Positions 52,536-63,011 are shown, counted from the stretch's first letter. The stretch: 64,000 bases of DNA from Tortispora ganteri (GCA_003707115.1 PPNB01000003.1:186001-250000), one strand, 5' to 3'. The notes: generated by a model not told the origin, from the sequence alone. A program made the numbers and translations.

Positions 52536-54926
52536 TTAGTGCCGTGAATTGTTCGAGTTAGGTGATGCTGATCCATCTCTTTTGAACATTCTCTTTAAGT
52601 TCTCATTTAATTTGTTAGCTGTACCATTCGGTTGTGCCAGTTTTTCGACTTCTGCTTTAAAATTAAAATCTCTTAGGCCCTCAAACCGTGTACTGGTCGA
52701 CAAATTCAATGACGGCACTCGTGCATGTGAACTAGCATGTGTGAGTTGTTCGTTCGTTTTTGGTAGTACTATTGAGCTCATAATTGGCGAATCTTTAACA
52801 AGTTCGCTATTTCCCGCAATATGAGTCTCAAATAGTCTCAAAAATAGCTTTATATCACTCTTCGGCACTCCTTTGATCTCTAGGATCTTCTGGAAGTTGG
52901 CCGCGCTCGAGTCTCCTATGAGAAACTCATAGTTCTGAATAAGACCCTCGCGAGGGAACGCAGACGTTAATATCACTTTCAATACAGTCTCAATACGATT
53001 CAGCGCCTTTGTGACGTGCTTCTCGTAGAGCGACGACATAGTTTTTCCGGCCAATTGCGGAATATTCATTAGACACCCGCGAATAACGTATAGATCTAGC
53101 AGTAATTGCTCGGCTGCAACTTCTGTCAATGGAATACCTTTTAGCATGTTCGTCGTAAACTGTGTGACCGTTGACTCGACAATTCTGTCGCAATAAGACC
53201 GTATATATATATCCTGGTTTAAGTACATCAAGGTGTCTGTGGCACGCGAGTTCATAGCCACCACAAGCGGGCCTACATACCCGCTCTGGTCTCCTACCTG
53301 TTTCACACTAGACCAGTTGTATGCAGCTAATTCTATCCAGTACGGTTGGCAGCCAGCTTCAAAGTAATCCGACAGACTTTTCAGTGCCGAATTTGTAACG
53401 CTGTAGAATGCATCACGAACAGAATCAAAGGAGACCTTGTTAACGTATTCCTCATCAATTCGGCCTTTTATTCTTTCTTCCAGCTGGTCTGTAGTATGCA
53501 GACAGTAGTCAGCTGTCCGTATAATCTTTGACACTAATTTTAAGTCTTCTTTTGATGAACATTGTTTAGGTATAAAGCCGATCAACACAACCTCCGAGTA
53601 CTGTTTCAGTCGCTCGACGAACACTTTGTAGAGGTCTAGCAGTGCAGATCCTGTAGACATTTTCGATGCTTGGTTCAGGATCTTGCGATAGTACATGAAC
53701 AGACTTCCGGAAGACTCGATAACAGTGAGATCTTGGGGTGCCACATTGTTCTGGACAGAATCGTGTTCATCAGGAGGTGCCGGTAGAGGGTTTTCCTGTT
53801 TGTATGATAAAATCATAGAGTAGATTAGTTTGTCTTGCGAGGCAACCCATATATTCAGATACGGCTCAAATGCCTCGGAAATGATTCTGTCAAATGCAGA
53901 CTTCTCGGCGTCAGTGTCGAACGAGTTACGGGAATCGGAAAAGATAGAGTCAAGAGAATGCTCAAATTCAAGAGTTTCCTGTAAAGCCGATAGCAAAAGG
54001 TTGACGTCGACGTCTGAGCCGACGTTTCGCAGGGCTTGTTTGATGTCGTCGCGTGTTTTGATACAAAACCTGAGACAAAGTTCTTCGCCGACATTCCATT
54101 CTGCCAAAAAGAATCGCGAAAACTGTTCAGAGTACAAGTTCAGAATACGTCGTATGTAAGAGTACCTTCGTGAAGTGTTTTCAAGGCTACCTGCAACGTC
54201 TGAGGGGTCGAATATGCGATTGTACTCCTTCAATTGCTGATCGCAGAACCAGTTAACGAGCTGATCCTTAGAGTCATCATTAAGAATGTTTAGTACCAAA
54301 CAACTTTCGTAGAGCGTATTTGAATTAGATTTAACAAGATCTGGGGCTTTCCCTGAAAGCGCATTCTGGAAGTCCAGAAGTATCTGGTCGCTAAAGGACT
54401 TCTGCATTTGTGAGACGCGCTTGCTCAGCTCTGAGATCTGGCTCATTGCTCTGTATGGTCTAAAGAATGACACCAGTTCTACAGCAGCACCTAATAGCTG
54501 TGCAATTTCTTTGTACTTTTTTGTCTCACGCATGTTCAGGAGCATGTTGTATGCAGTATTGAGCATTTGAAGTCTCCGCAGCGCGGTAGTAGATTCTATG
54601 AGGTTGGATTTTGTGCGGTCTAGGAAAGTGATATCGACTGTTAAAGGGTTAATATTACTTTTGACAATATTTGAATGTGTTTCAAGGTTTTTTAGATCAT
54701 TTGATATGACATTGAGGGACTCTTTCATAGAGGCGCAGTCGACGGCGGAAGAGGCCAGGGCGCTGTGTGCCCACAGACCGAGCATAACCTCGCGTAGTGC
54801 AGTTTCGCGTTCATTGAGTAACGATAAAACCTGAGACAATTCATCCAGTGAGTTTTCTGTACTAAATATATCTGACAAGTCCGCTACAGGATCATATTCT
54901 GGGTCATCGAGCGACTGGCGCATCAT
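52536..54926 (-). CDS. VPS53: GARP complex subunit Vps53
   Basis: LDRTKSNLIESTTALRRLQML, AGSLENTSRRYSY, VGDQSGYV, AEQLLLD, FQKILEIKG. Confidence 0.93.
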   Translation of the reverse strand: MMRQSLDDPEYDPVADLSDIFSTENSLDELSQVLSLLNERETALREVMLGLWAHSALASSAVDCASMKESLNVISNDLKNLETHSNIVKSNINPLTVDITFLDRTKSNLIESTTALRRLQMLNTAYNMLLNMRETKKYKEIAQLLGAAVELVSFFRPYRAMSQISELSKRVSQMQKSFSDQILLDFQNALSGKAPDLVKSNSNTLYESCLVLNILNDDSKDQLVNWFCDQQLKEYNRIFDPSDVAGSLENTSRRYSYIRRILNLYSEQFSRFFLAEWNVGEELCLRFCIKTRDDIKQALRNVGSDVDVNLLLSALQETLEFEHSLDSIFSDSRNSFDTDAEKSAFDRIISEAFEPYLNIWVASQDKLIYSMILSYKQENPLPAPPDEHDSVQNNVAPQDLTVIESSGSLFMYYRKILNQASKMSTGSALLDLYKVFVERLKQYSEVVLIGFIPKQCSSKEDLKLVSKIIRTADYCLHTTDQLEERIKGRIDEEYVNKVSFDSVRDAFYSVTNSALKSLSDYFEAGCQPYWIELAAYNWSSVKQVGDQSGYVGPLVVAMNSRATDTLMYLNQDIYIRSYCDRIVESTVTQFTTNMLKGIPLTEVAAEQLLLDLYVIRGCLMNIPQLAGKTMSSLYEKHVTKALNRIETVLKVILTSAFPREGLIQNYEFLIGDSSAANFQKILEIKGVPKSDIKLFLRLFETHIAGNSELVKDSPIMSSIVLPKTNEQLTHASSHARVPSLNLSTSTRFEGLRDFNFKAEVEKLAQPNGTANKLNENLKRMFKRDGSASPNSNNSRH

Positions 54927-55083
54927 TAGACAGTAGACGTAGAATTGATGTTGCTGGTAGTGGGACAGCCGTGTAATTTACTTAATTAGGAATTAGAGTT
55001 TAGACAATTTACCCAAGTCCTCAAAAATTCGCACCTGCGCAAGTAACCTACCTGACCAACTCACTTCTAACTAACAATCAACA

Positions 55084-55353
55084 ATGGATGGTCTTAATCT
55101 CCGCGAACAACAGGCATTCCAGCAGGTAGTTGAAAAGAAACAGGTAAAGGATTTCATGCGTTTGTATTCCTCTTTGGTAGAAAGGTGTTTCACCGACTGT
55201 ATCAATGACTTCACCTCCAACACATTGAACTCCAAGGAGAATACCTGCCTTGAACGATGTGCTGACAAGTTCATGAAACACAGTGAACGCGTAGGCGCTC
55301 GATTCCAGGAACAGAATGCCGCTTTAATGCAATCACAGTCGCAAAACCGTTAA
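55084..55353 (+). CDS. TIM9: Small Tim chaperone Tim9
   Basis: Twin CX3C ([29 protein letters not shown]). Confidence 0.96.
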   Translation: MDGLNLREQQAFQQVVEKKQVKDFMRLYSSLVERCFTDCINDFTSNTLNSKENTCLERCADKFMKHSERVGARFQEQNAALMQSQSQNR

Positions 55354-55413
55354 TTCTGCTAATTCGCTCCTCGTTATCCCGCTAACTGTTGCCCTACTTT
55401 GTGGTGCGAATGT

Positions 55414-55423
55414 CATGTATATA
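55414..55423 (+). promoter_or_regulatory. Puf3-type 3'UTR element CATGTATATA
   Basis: CAUGUAUAUA 60 nt after the TIM9 stop. Confidence 0.6.
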
Positions 55424-55431
55424 TTTATTTC

Positions 55432-57141
55432 TCATGAATGGCTCCATGGATCTACCCCTATTACCCCGCCGTAGCTGTTAGACGTGTCGTGTAGGCCAAA
55501 CTCCTGCCAGTTGTAGTTCCAGTCATTCAGCCAGTCTTTTACAGCCGTACCTAGCTTGTCCCTCTGGTTCTTAGAATGGTGCCCAGACCCCGTCATCACG
55601 TAAATAGGTTTACGTTCAGTATCTTTATCCTCTTCTGCCTGTGTAAGCACCTCTTCCAAATAAATGAGCGCCTCGTTTACGTGCAGCCCATGTAGATCCA
55701 CAAACTTATCCGACTGCGATGACCGCGACAGTCCCTTGTTCCTCTCATCAAATATGTTTTCAGCTGCCAGCCGGTGCGCCCTACGCATAGCCTCGTCCTC
55801 CTGTCGGCCGAGCGTACTTAGCCGTTTGACTTCCTTAGTATCACCCCGATTGTACGCCTTCGCAGCCTGTTGAAAGTACTGGTTCCGTTTCTTCCCGTGC
55901 TCAATAGCGCTCGCACGATTGCTTAAGTACACCGCGCTCGTTCCCAGTCCAGCCTCAATGTGCTTGATATCTCTGGGTGCCGCGATATTCGTTCGGTTTA
56001 TCTTACTAGACATCTTTCTTGGCTTTCCAGCTTTCGCACTCATACTCATCGGTATGCGCAGTTTGTTCACTGAGGTTCCTAGACCAGATGCAACTACTTC
56101 GGCAATCGTGGCAGGTTTTTGCGGTGGTTTGGCTGGTTTTAAGCTGTCAGACAGCGAAGGGAAATCGTTGCCAAAAGTACTGTTCAATGTAGGCATAGAA
56201 CTAAAGTCGAATGGTTTAGCCGCAGCAGATCCCAGCTGCGGGAACTCTGCCAGATTTATAGGGACATAGCCTGGGTCAGTGGTTTGTAGCAGTTGATGTG
56301 ATTTCGGGCGATTAGCGTTCATTATCAGCGCCACATCATCAATAATTGTATCAGAAATATAATGCAGGAACTCGCATTGATTCCCTAGAAAACATTGACC
56401 GGCCAGCCAGTGTCTGCAGTACACCGTAGACAGGTCGTGTGTGAAGTGGCAGTCCGGGCGCGCGCAGGAGCCACTAGACAAAAAGTAGCGGCAAATAGTC
56501 GACTTATGGTCCACGACTATCGGTCTTGATCCTACACTTGTTCGCTCCTGCGAGCTGATGTAATTCGCAGTGCTAAGTAACTCGTATTGGTTTTTTTCCA
56601 ATATCCGATCGAGCTCGGCATTGCTACTTGTCACGCCATAGAGCTTGCGTATACTATCATGAGGATCGCCCTGTGGTATCTGTTCTGTGATATCTGGTTG
56701 ATAGTACATTGACGCGTTGCTACCGTCAAGCCCGTAGGTATTCAGCTCTGCGTACGCTCCGTAGTTGTACTGATTGTCCATTGTCCCATACGGGTTCCAG
56801 TACTGCATTGATTGTTCGATGTACTGTACGTCGTTATTTGGCTCTGTAGCTGCTGATTTCACTATAGGTTTCGTAGTCTCAACTGGTGCTTTCAACTGTG
56901 TCTTCTTTACCAATTCCAGTTCTGATTCTGGCTCTGGTTCGGCCTTCTGAGACTCCTCATGATGCTTCCACAGCAGCTCGAGCACCAGTTTCTCTACCTG
57001 CTGATCCGACATCGAGTCGCCACTGCTTCGTAGATTGGCACGTATAGCGTTCTCTACCAGCTCTATATTTTCCTCTTCAACACGACTCGTATCTCTAAGA
57101 ATTTTAAGGCATTGGCTTTGCAGTGCGTCATCTAACGGCAT
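55432..57141 (-). CDS. Tandem CCCH zinc finger + DUF1771/Smr domain protein
   Basis: CRYFLSSGSCARPDCHFTH and CRHWLAGQCFLGNQCEFLH; VDLHGLHVNEA and VMTGSGHHS Smr motifs. Confidence 0.88.
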   Translation of the reverse strand: MPLDDALQSQCLKILRDTSRVEEENIELVENAIRANLRSSGDSMSDQQVEKLVLELLWKHHEESQKAEPEPESELELVKKTQLKAPVETTKPIVKSAATEPNNDVQYIEQSMQYWNPYGTMDNQYNYGAYAELNTYGLDGSNASMYYQPDITEQIPQGDPHDSIRKLYGVTSSNAELDRILEKNQYELLSTANYISSQERTSVGSRPIVVDHKSTICRYFLSSGSCARPDCHFTHDLSTVYCRHWLAGQCFLGNQCEFLHYISDTIIDDVALIMNANRPKSHQLLQTTDPGYVPINLAEFPQLGSAAAKPFDFSSMPTLNSTFGNDFPSLSDSLKPAKPPQKPATIAEVVASGLGTSVNKLRIPMSMSAKAGKPRKMSSKINRTNIAAPRDIKHIEAGLGTSAVYLSNRASAIEHGKKRNQYFQQAAKAYNRGDTKEVKRLSTLGRQEDEAMRRAHRLAAENIFDERNKGLSRSSQSDKFVDLHGLHVNEALIYLEEVLTQAEEDKDTERKPIYVMTGSGHHSKNQRDKLGTAVKDWLNDWNYNWQEFGLHDTSNSYGGVIGVDPWSHS

Positions 57142-57303
57142 GATCAGTACAGGTTCTGGTGTGGTTGATGTTCACTTACGCACAGAAAAGAGTCGCAGAT
57201 TGTTCTGTTAGTTACGCATGGTTAGGACTTCAGTTACCACGCCACTTTATCTGATTTTACTGCATGAAGCAACTCCCAATAGTGCAACTCAGCCTCTACC
57301 TAT

Positions 57304-58248
57304 ATGCCTCCCTCTGCGATCTATTTGGACGACACTGAAGACGAGCTAGATGAATTAGACGAGCTGTCTAATATCGACTTTCGGCGTCGTGGGGTTTGGG
57401 GCTCGTTGCAATATGTAGGACTTTCATTTGCGAAGACTATCAAAAAGATGTCGCTTGCCCAGCTCGCTTTTGTCACAGTTTTCGGCACATTTGGGTTCAT
57501 TCTAGCCGTGCTCTTTTTGGTCTATTATAAGACAATTCTCGGCTCTCTGGGTCCTTTGAGGTCCTGGTGGAAAGAGCAACCGTTTGGATGGGCTCTTATG
57601 ATTGCTATACTGATGGCTGTATCCTGTCCGCCTGTGCTCGGCTATGCGACATCCTGCACTCTCTGTGGGGTAGTCTACGGCGTATTTAAAGGCTGGTTTG
57701 TGGCCGCCGTAGGCTCGATTCTCGGTGCTGCTGCTACATTCTTGCTCTATCGTTTTCTATTACATGACTTTGCCGAAAGATTATTACAAAGTAACAAGAA
57801 GTTCAAGGCGTTCAACCGCACGCTCGAGTATGATGGGCTGTTCTTGCTATTCCTCATCCGCCTTTGCCCATTGCCTTTCTCGGTATCGAACGCCGCATTA
57901 TCAGCTATTTCCTCTGTTTCTTTCACTAATTTCGTTCTGGCCTCTATTATGGCCTCGCCTAAGATATTTTCGTACACTTTTAGTGGTGCACAACTGGAGG
58001 CAATTGGTGAGAACACTTCCGCCTCGTCGAAGTTTATACATGTAATGTACATCGTTCTAAATATAGTTATAACTCTGTCTGTGGCCTATTATATCTATCA
58101 GCGAACAATGAAGCGCATTGCAGAGCTCGAGATCGAGCACAACATACCGGCTGCGGGCGCTGCCGGAACCGCGCGATCGATCAACGAGGATATCGAATCG
58201 GACGCTTACGATAGATTCAACCCAGATACAGATATGGTCGATCTTTGA
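57304..58248 (+). CDS. TVP38: Tvp38 / DedA (SNARE-associated) Golgi membrane protein
   Basis: PPVLGY, YGVFKGW, LIRLCPLPFSVSN motifs; multiple TM helices. Confidence 0.88.
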   Translation: MPPSAIYLDDTEDELDELDELSNIDFRRRGVWGSLQYVGLSFAKTIKKMSLAQLAFVTVFGTFGFILAVLFLVYYKTILGSLGPLRSWWKEQPFGWALMIAILMAVSCPPVLGYATSCTLCGVVYGVFKGWFVAAVGSILGAAATFLLYRFLLHDFAERLLQSNKKFKAFNRTLEYDGLFLLFLIRLCPLPFSVSNAALSAISSVSFTNFVLASIMASPKIFSYTFSGAQLEAIGENTSASSKFIHVMYIVLNIVITLSVAYYIYQRTMKRIAELEIEHNIPAAGAAGTARSINEDIESDAYDRFNPDTDMVDL

Positions 58249-58251
58249 ACA

Positions 58252-59535
58252 CTATTCGGTCCCGATAATGTCCATCCACTTCTTGCCGTTCAGCTCGGCT
58301 ACAATCTCGTCCCTTATTTTGAGTGCCATTCCGGCTCCCCCGTATATCATTGATGTGTAAAGCTGCACAAATGTTGCACCGGCTTTGGCGTACGCAATAG
58401 CATCTTTGCCTGAACTGATACCTCCACAACCAATAATAGTGATATTGTCGCCGATATTTTTACGTAGCACACGCAGCACCGACAGCGTTTTCTCTTTTAA
58501 GGGCGCACCCGAGAGCCCGCCGGTCTCAGCTTTGAGACTGGGCTCGGATCGCAATGTAGGAGGACGATCCACAGTTGTGTTGGCGACAATAACGCCATCA
58601 ACTTTGGCGCTACGCAAAACATGCGAAATAGACTCTACTTCAGGAATAGAAAGATCTGGAGCGATCTTTACGCACAGCGGTATGCGGAACGGCAGCTGGC
58701 TGCGCGCCTCTAGGACTTGGTCTAACAGCGCCTTCAGTCGTGACTCATTTTGTAAATCGCGCAAACCTGGTGTATTTGGGCTTGAAATGTTGATAACTAC
58801 AACATCCGCATAAGGGCCGAGCGTCAGCAGGCCGCGGACATAGTCGGCAGCCTCATCCGTCGACGTCTTGTTCTTGCCAAGGTTCACGGCGAGTAGTCGG
58901 TTCGATCGCAGCGAGTTATTGCGCGGCATAATACCACTATGTGCGCGGTAGTAGCTGTATAGTCGTTGACGCAATCTGACAAGCACTTTTACGGCGCCGT
59001 CGGAATTGAAGCCGTACCTATTTATTACTGCAAGGTCCTCAGGCAAGCGAAAGACACGCGGTTTGGGATTCCCCGGTTGCGGTTCCGGCGTTATAGATCC
59101 TATTTCTACGTATGAGAATCCGAGATCGAATAGTCCGTCAATTGCCTCTCCATTCTTGTCGAACCCGGCTGCTAGACCCACAGGACTATCGAGAGTGCTA
59201 TTAAAAACCTTTACCTCTAAGTTTTGCGGCGGCGCTGTATGCTCCCATGGTGTTATTCTGTATTTCAATGCCTCTATAGCAAATCTATGTGCACTTTCTG
59301 CATCGAGTAGCAGTCGAAGGAGTGGAGCAGATACGAATCTATGGAAAGCAGCGTCTGCATAGGTGTAGTACACGCTGAAGGTGACAATACCGCCTATTGC
59401 CAACGCACCAATAACACCATTCCTGAAACGCAGAGGTACAATTGGTTGTCTATATGTAGACTTTTTCCTAGTAGAGGAGATATGGCGAAATACACCGTTA
59501 AACCTACGCAAATTTGCGCGACTCTGCCTCAACAT
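58252..59535 (-). CDS. URA9: Mitochondrial (class 2) dihydroorotate dehydrogenase
   Basis: Presequence plus TM, GLAAGFDKN, QPGNPKPRVFRL, INRYGFNS, NISSPNTPGLR, VKIAPDL, GGLSG. Confidence 0.95.
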   Translation of the reverse strand: MLRQSRANLRRFNGVFRHISSTRKKSTYRQPIVPLRFRNGVIGALAIGGIVTFSVYYTYADAAFHRFVSAPLLRLLLDAESAHRFAIEALKYRITPWEHTAPPQNLEVKVFNSTLDSPVGLAAGFDKNGEAIDGLFDLGFSYVEIGSITPEPQPGNPKPRVFRLPEDLAVINRYGFNSDGAVKVLVRLRQRLYSYYRAHSGIMPRNNSLRSNRLLAVNLGKNKTSTDEAADYVRGLLTLGPYADVVVINISSPNTPGLRDLQNESRLKALLDQVLEARSQLPFRIPLCVKIAPDLSIPEVESISHVLRSAKVDGVIVANTTVDRPPTLRSEPSLKAETGGLSGAPLKEKTLSVLRVLRKNIGDNITIIGCGGISSGKDAIAYAKAGATFVQLYTSMIYGGAGMALKIRDEIVAELNGKKWMDIIGTE

Positions 59536-59912
59536 ATTGTCGAAGTGTGAATGGTCAGGCTATTGAAAGCTCGTTTTTTTTTAAGGTTTCTCATAGTTCT
59601 CATAGGCAGTATCTGATCCACTTAAAACAAAACATCTCACTGGTTTAAATAGAAAAATATGTAAGATAATAGAAGGAGATATAAGCAAGATAGAGGAATA
59701 ATACCGTAAACCAGCCTAACTAGTCGATAAACACGTTGTAGAGCGAAATGAGTGTTGAGGTTAAAAGCAGTTGTAACTGTAAACTTTAATATGTTTGAAT
59801 ATATACTGTGGCTCTGTTGGAACGCTTATATGCCTATCCGAGTGATAGCATGTATAAGTTTTCTTTATAAGAATTATGCATATAACAACTTAATAGTCTA
59901 CTAGTTTGTGCA

Positions 59913-60767
59913 ATGATGAATCCGTACGGTTTCAGGGCATATGGACCAAGAAGCAGAAAAGGACTTCCGGTGTCGAATCTGGGGAAGTACTGCCTAACAG
60001 CAGGGTATCTTGTCAGTTTAAGGTCTAATTCAAGTGATGCAACAAGTATGCTTCTTCGAGCCTACTCAATATCAAGTTGCGCTAGCAGTGACCAGTACAG
60101 CACTGACACAGAGTATGTTGGAAAAGGGAAATCAATCTGCGACGGTGCAAGCTACATGTCTGCGGAAGATAGAGTGCCTGTTGATTCATATATGAGTGTC
60201 GAGAACACTTATCTAACGGCAAATAAAAAGAACGGGGTGCAATGCAGCGATAGTCTGTTGAATTATTATCTGGAGACTCCGTGTATTGAGCTGAATCCCC
60301 CTGAAGCGGTTGTTGCTGATACATCTGCGAGTAACAGCGTGAATAAAGCTACAAACACAATAGTATCTGTTAAGCAAAGTAAAGCTAATATCAGCAACTA
60401 TATAGCACCGACAGTTTATAGTGCAGGAGTGGATTTGACAAAAATAGCGCTATCGGGGGATATGAGGACAGCTATGTCTCAAGAGCCGCCAGGCAGAGGT
60501 AACAAAACTCTAGACAATTGCACATTTCGTAAAAGAGCGATATTTTGTTGCAATATTACATTGAGATGCTGCAGCTGGTCAAATACAAAAGAAGCAGAAG
60601 AGGAGACGGGGGCAAGTGAGCCTTTAGTAAGAGAGTCGTCAGTATCTAATGCGATTCGAACATGGAGCAGCAAGGTGAGTGGAAAGGCAATTGCTCATTA
60701 TAACTCTATTAAACATGATCCAGAAGTGAGCAGAAACATATTTGGTAAACACAGGACGTTTATGTAA
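59913..60767 (+). CDS. Hypothetical Ser-rich protein, start uncertain
   Basis: 284-codon ORF, no recognisable domain. Confidence 0.5.
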   Translation: MMNPYGFRAYGPRSRKGLPVSNLGKYCLTAGYLVSLRSNSSDATSMLLRAYSISSCASSDQYSTDTEYVGKGKSICDGASYMSAEDRVPVDSYMSVENTYLTANKKNGVQCSDSLLNYYLETPCIELNPPEAVVADTSASNSVNKATNTIVSVKQSKANISNYIAPTVYSAGVDLTKIALSGDMRTAMSQEPPGRGNKTLDNCTFRKRAIFCCNITLRCCSWSNTKEAEEETGASEPLVRESSVSNAIRTWSSKVSGKAIAHYNSIKHDPEVSRNIFGKHRTFM

Positions 60768-60808
60768 AGAGAGGCTAGACTAGCCAAAAGAACTTAGATT
60801 TCGACTGG

Positions 60809-62473
60809 ATGGACATAATTAAGCAATTTAGAAAGGTAATAAAGGGATGTATTAAAGATAAAAAACTCAATGAAAATGTTATTGACCAATTAAAATTATT
60901 ATCAAAGTCAAGTTCATTGAAACTGAAAGATCAGGAGTATATTCAATTGATGAAATTGACTAGACCTATGACGATTGATTTGCGGTTCAAATGTTATCTC
61001 ACTATAGGCAATGTTTGGTTGAAAGAAAGTGGAGATATTGATGTTTTAGCTAAATATCGAAACTATTGTTCATTATATTTATTCTTATTACAGAAAATCG
61101 ACAAAAAGCAAGCTATGAAACTATACAATGAGATTAAAATGAAAGACAACTGGTGGAGTCACATCGGTGTGCGACTAACTATAAGAAGCGCTTATAGAAA
61201 CAGTATACTAAGTTCAAAAATTGATCTAATAGCAAGATCGGTAAACTCACAGTTTAGAGGTTCAATTGCCAAAGAAATGGTGAAAAAGTACGAAATTGAA
61301 CGTAATCGGAAACTTGTTGAATGGCTGCCAGAAGGAGACAGTGATCTGTTCAGGGTGCTGCTCAAATACAAAGACCTCACAAATGCGGAGAAGTTTGCGA
61401 AATTAACAAAAAATCAGCTACAAATAGACTCAATTAAAAATATTCGGAATCTGCTGAATACATACGGGGACAAACAGAGTGTATATAGTGCGAGATTAAA
61501 CAGTATCGGGAACGGTCAGCCTGTTACAAGATCCCCCGAAGTGTTGACAGCCTGGTATAAAATAGCGAAGAAAGCTGTGAAAAAATCAGTAATATCAAGC
61601 AAATTGATCAACGCAATATATAAAAGAGAATCGTTTAACGAGTTCGATACCGCGTTTCAACAAGTGAGTTTAATAAACCTGGACTTATCTATGCAGATAC
61701 TTGAACTTCTGGAACATATAAATAAGCAATCGCGGTCACTGTTAAGAAACAAAGACACGAATTTGCTGCATTTACCACAACTCACAGACACATTTTATAT
61801 AACGGTCGTGAATACAGCATTGAAGAACAATAATTATACCCTCGCATTGTCAATACCATCGAGAATGATTCAACACGGAATTGAAATCAATCCTAAAATA
61901 TACCAAATGATCCTCTTGAAGTCAATAAAGGACTCAAAACACCAGTATATAACAACTGTCTATCAAGACATTGTTAGTAACTTTGCAACAATCGATGAAA
62001 AAACTTACAACCTCTTATGGGTATCGATATCTGACTATTACTGGAACAGCATTCAACCGTATGGCCAGTTGATTCCAGTAGATAATTTATTAAGATTGTA
62101 TAATGAGCAAAATATCAGCGGATCATATAAATTGTTCAAGGCAATGCTTGAAGGCTGTCTTATTCAGAACGATTTCATTGGCACCATATTAGTGCTTGAA
62201 CGCATGTTTATAAACACTAAGCTCCAGTTCAATACCGAAATAGCAAAGGATTTATTCTTCGTCATATGCGCCAATTCAAAGGTCGACAAAACTCACACAA
62301 CAAAGAAAAAACGTTGGATTGATGTGCATACAAGACAAAGGGCACTTGAATTGCAGAAATATCCAATCAACGAATGGCAAGATCTCGCACTTATTCTTTA
62401 CTTTGAATCTGGAATGGATTCAGAAGAATTTCAAAAAACGCTAGACCAGAGACGGGATCAGACCAATCCCTGA
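60809..62473 (+). CDS. Putative pentatricopeptide-repeat (PPR)-like protein
   Basis: 554-aa helical ORF with PPR-like units (FYITVVNTALKNNNYTLALSIPSRMIQHGIEIN; KIYQMIL; EKTYNLL; LFKAMLEGC). Confidence 0.55.
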   Translation: MDIIKQFRKVIKGCIKDKKLNENVIDQLKLLSKSSSLKLKDQEYIQLMKLTRPMTIDLRFKCYLTIGNVWLKESGDIDVLAKYRNYCSLYLFLLQKIDKKQAMKLYNEIKMKDNWWSHIGVRLTIRSAYRNSILSSKIDLIARSVNSQFRGSIAKEMVKKYEIERNRKLVEWLPEGDSDLFRVLLKYKDLTNAEKFAKLTKNQLQIDSIKNIRNLLNTYGDKQSVYSARLNSIGNGQPVTRSPEVLTAWYKIAKKAVKKSVISSKLINAIYKRESFNEFDTAFQQVSLINLDLSMQILELLEHINKQSRSLLRNKDTNLLHLPQLTDTFYITVVNTALKNNNYTLALSIPSRMIQHGIEINPKIYQMILLKSIKDSKHQYITTVYQDIVSNFATIDEKTYNLLWVSISDYYWNSIQPYGQLIPVDNLLRLYNEQNISGSYKLFKAMLEGCLIQNDFIGTILVLERMFINTKLQFNTEIAKDLFFVICANSKVDKTHTTKKKRWIDVHTRQRALELQKYPINEWQDLALILYFESGMDSEEFQKTLDQRRDQTNP

Positions 62474-62522
62474 ATTTCATAACAAGCCCAAACCTGCGAT
62501 TTTTCCGTTAGTTAATTCGTCT

Positions 62523-62885
62523 TTATGATTCCTTGGGCGCACCTATACCTGACCGACCTGTTTTCATCTCGACATAAACAGGCGAAATCAATGAACCAGG
62601 CTTCTCATTCTTACCTAGACTTTTGCCTTCAATATAACCCATGTTCTGCATAATCCTTGATCCTCTGCTCAGCTTCAATTGTTCTTCCTGGGCTTTTTGA
62701 AACTTCATTTTTGACACTCTAGCCGACCTTCCGCCTACACTGCTGCTATTAATATTCTTAACAGGAAATTCCGAAGCAGGTCCATCCGGTAATGGCATCA
62801 CCATATACTCTTCTACCACATCTGATGGCGAAGGCTCTAGATCTTCTTCGAGATCTTCAAGGTACGAATATTCATCATCTGACAT
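62523..62885 (-). CDS. Small G-patch domain protein
   Basis: SRGSRIMQNMGYIEGKSLGK...ISPV...RSGIG G-patch consensus; acidic N-terminus; 3' end may be spliced. Confidence 0.8.
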   Translation of the reverse strand: MSDDEYSYLEDLEEDLEPSPSDVVEEYMVMPLPDGPASEFPVKNINSSSVGGRSARVSKMKFQKAQEEQLKLSRGSRIMQNMGYIEGKSLGKNEKPGSLISPVYVEMKTGRSGIGAPKES

Positions 62886-63011
62886 CTGATACCTTGATCG
62901 ATTGCACAGCTACGTTACATGAAGCAAAATTACAGCGCCAATAACCACTTGAATCGTTATGCACAAGGAAAAATAGATTCACCGACTTCGCCCAATGGAG
63001 TAACTGAACAT

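Noticed and set aside
59913..59990. ATGATGA as a C box of a C/D snoRNA
   Set aside because: No CTGA D box or terminal stem at suitable distance.
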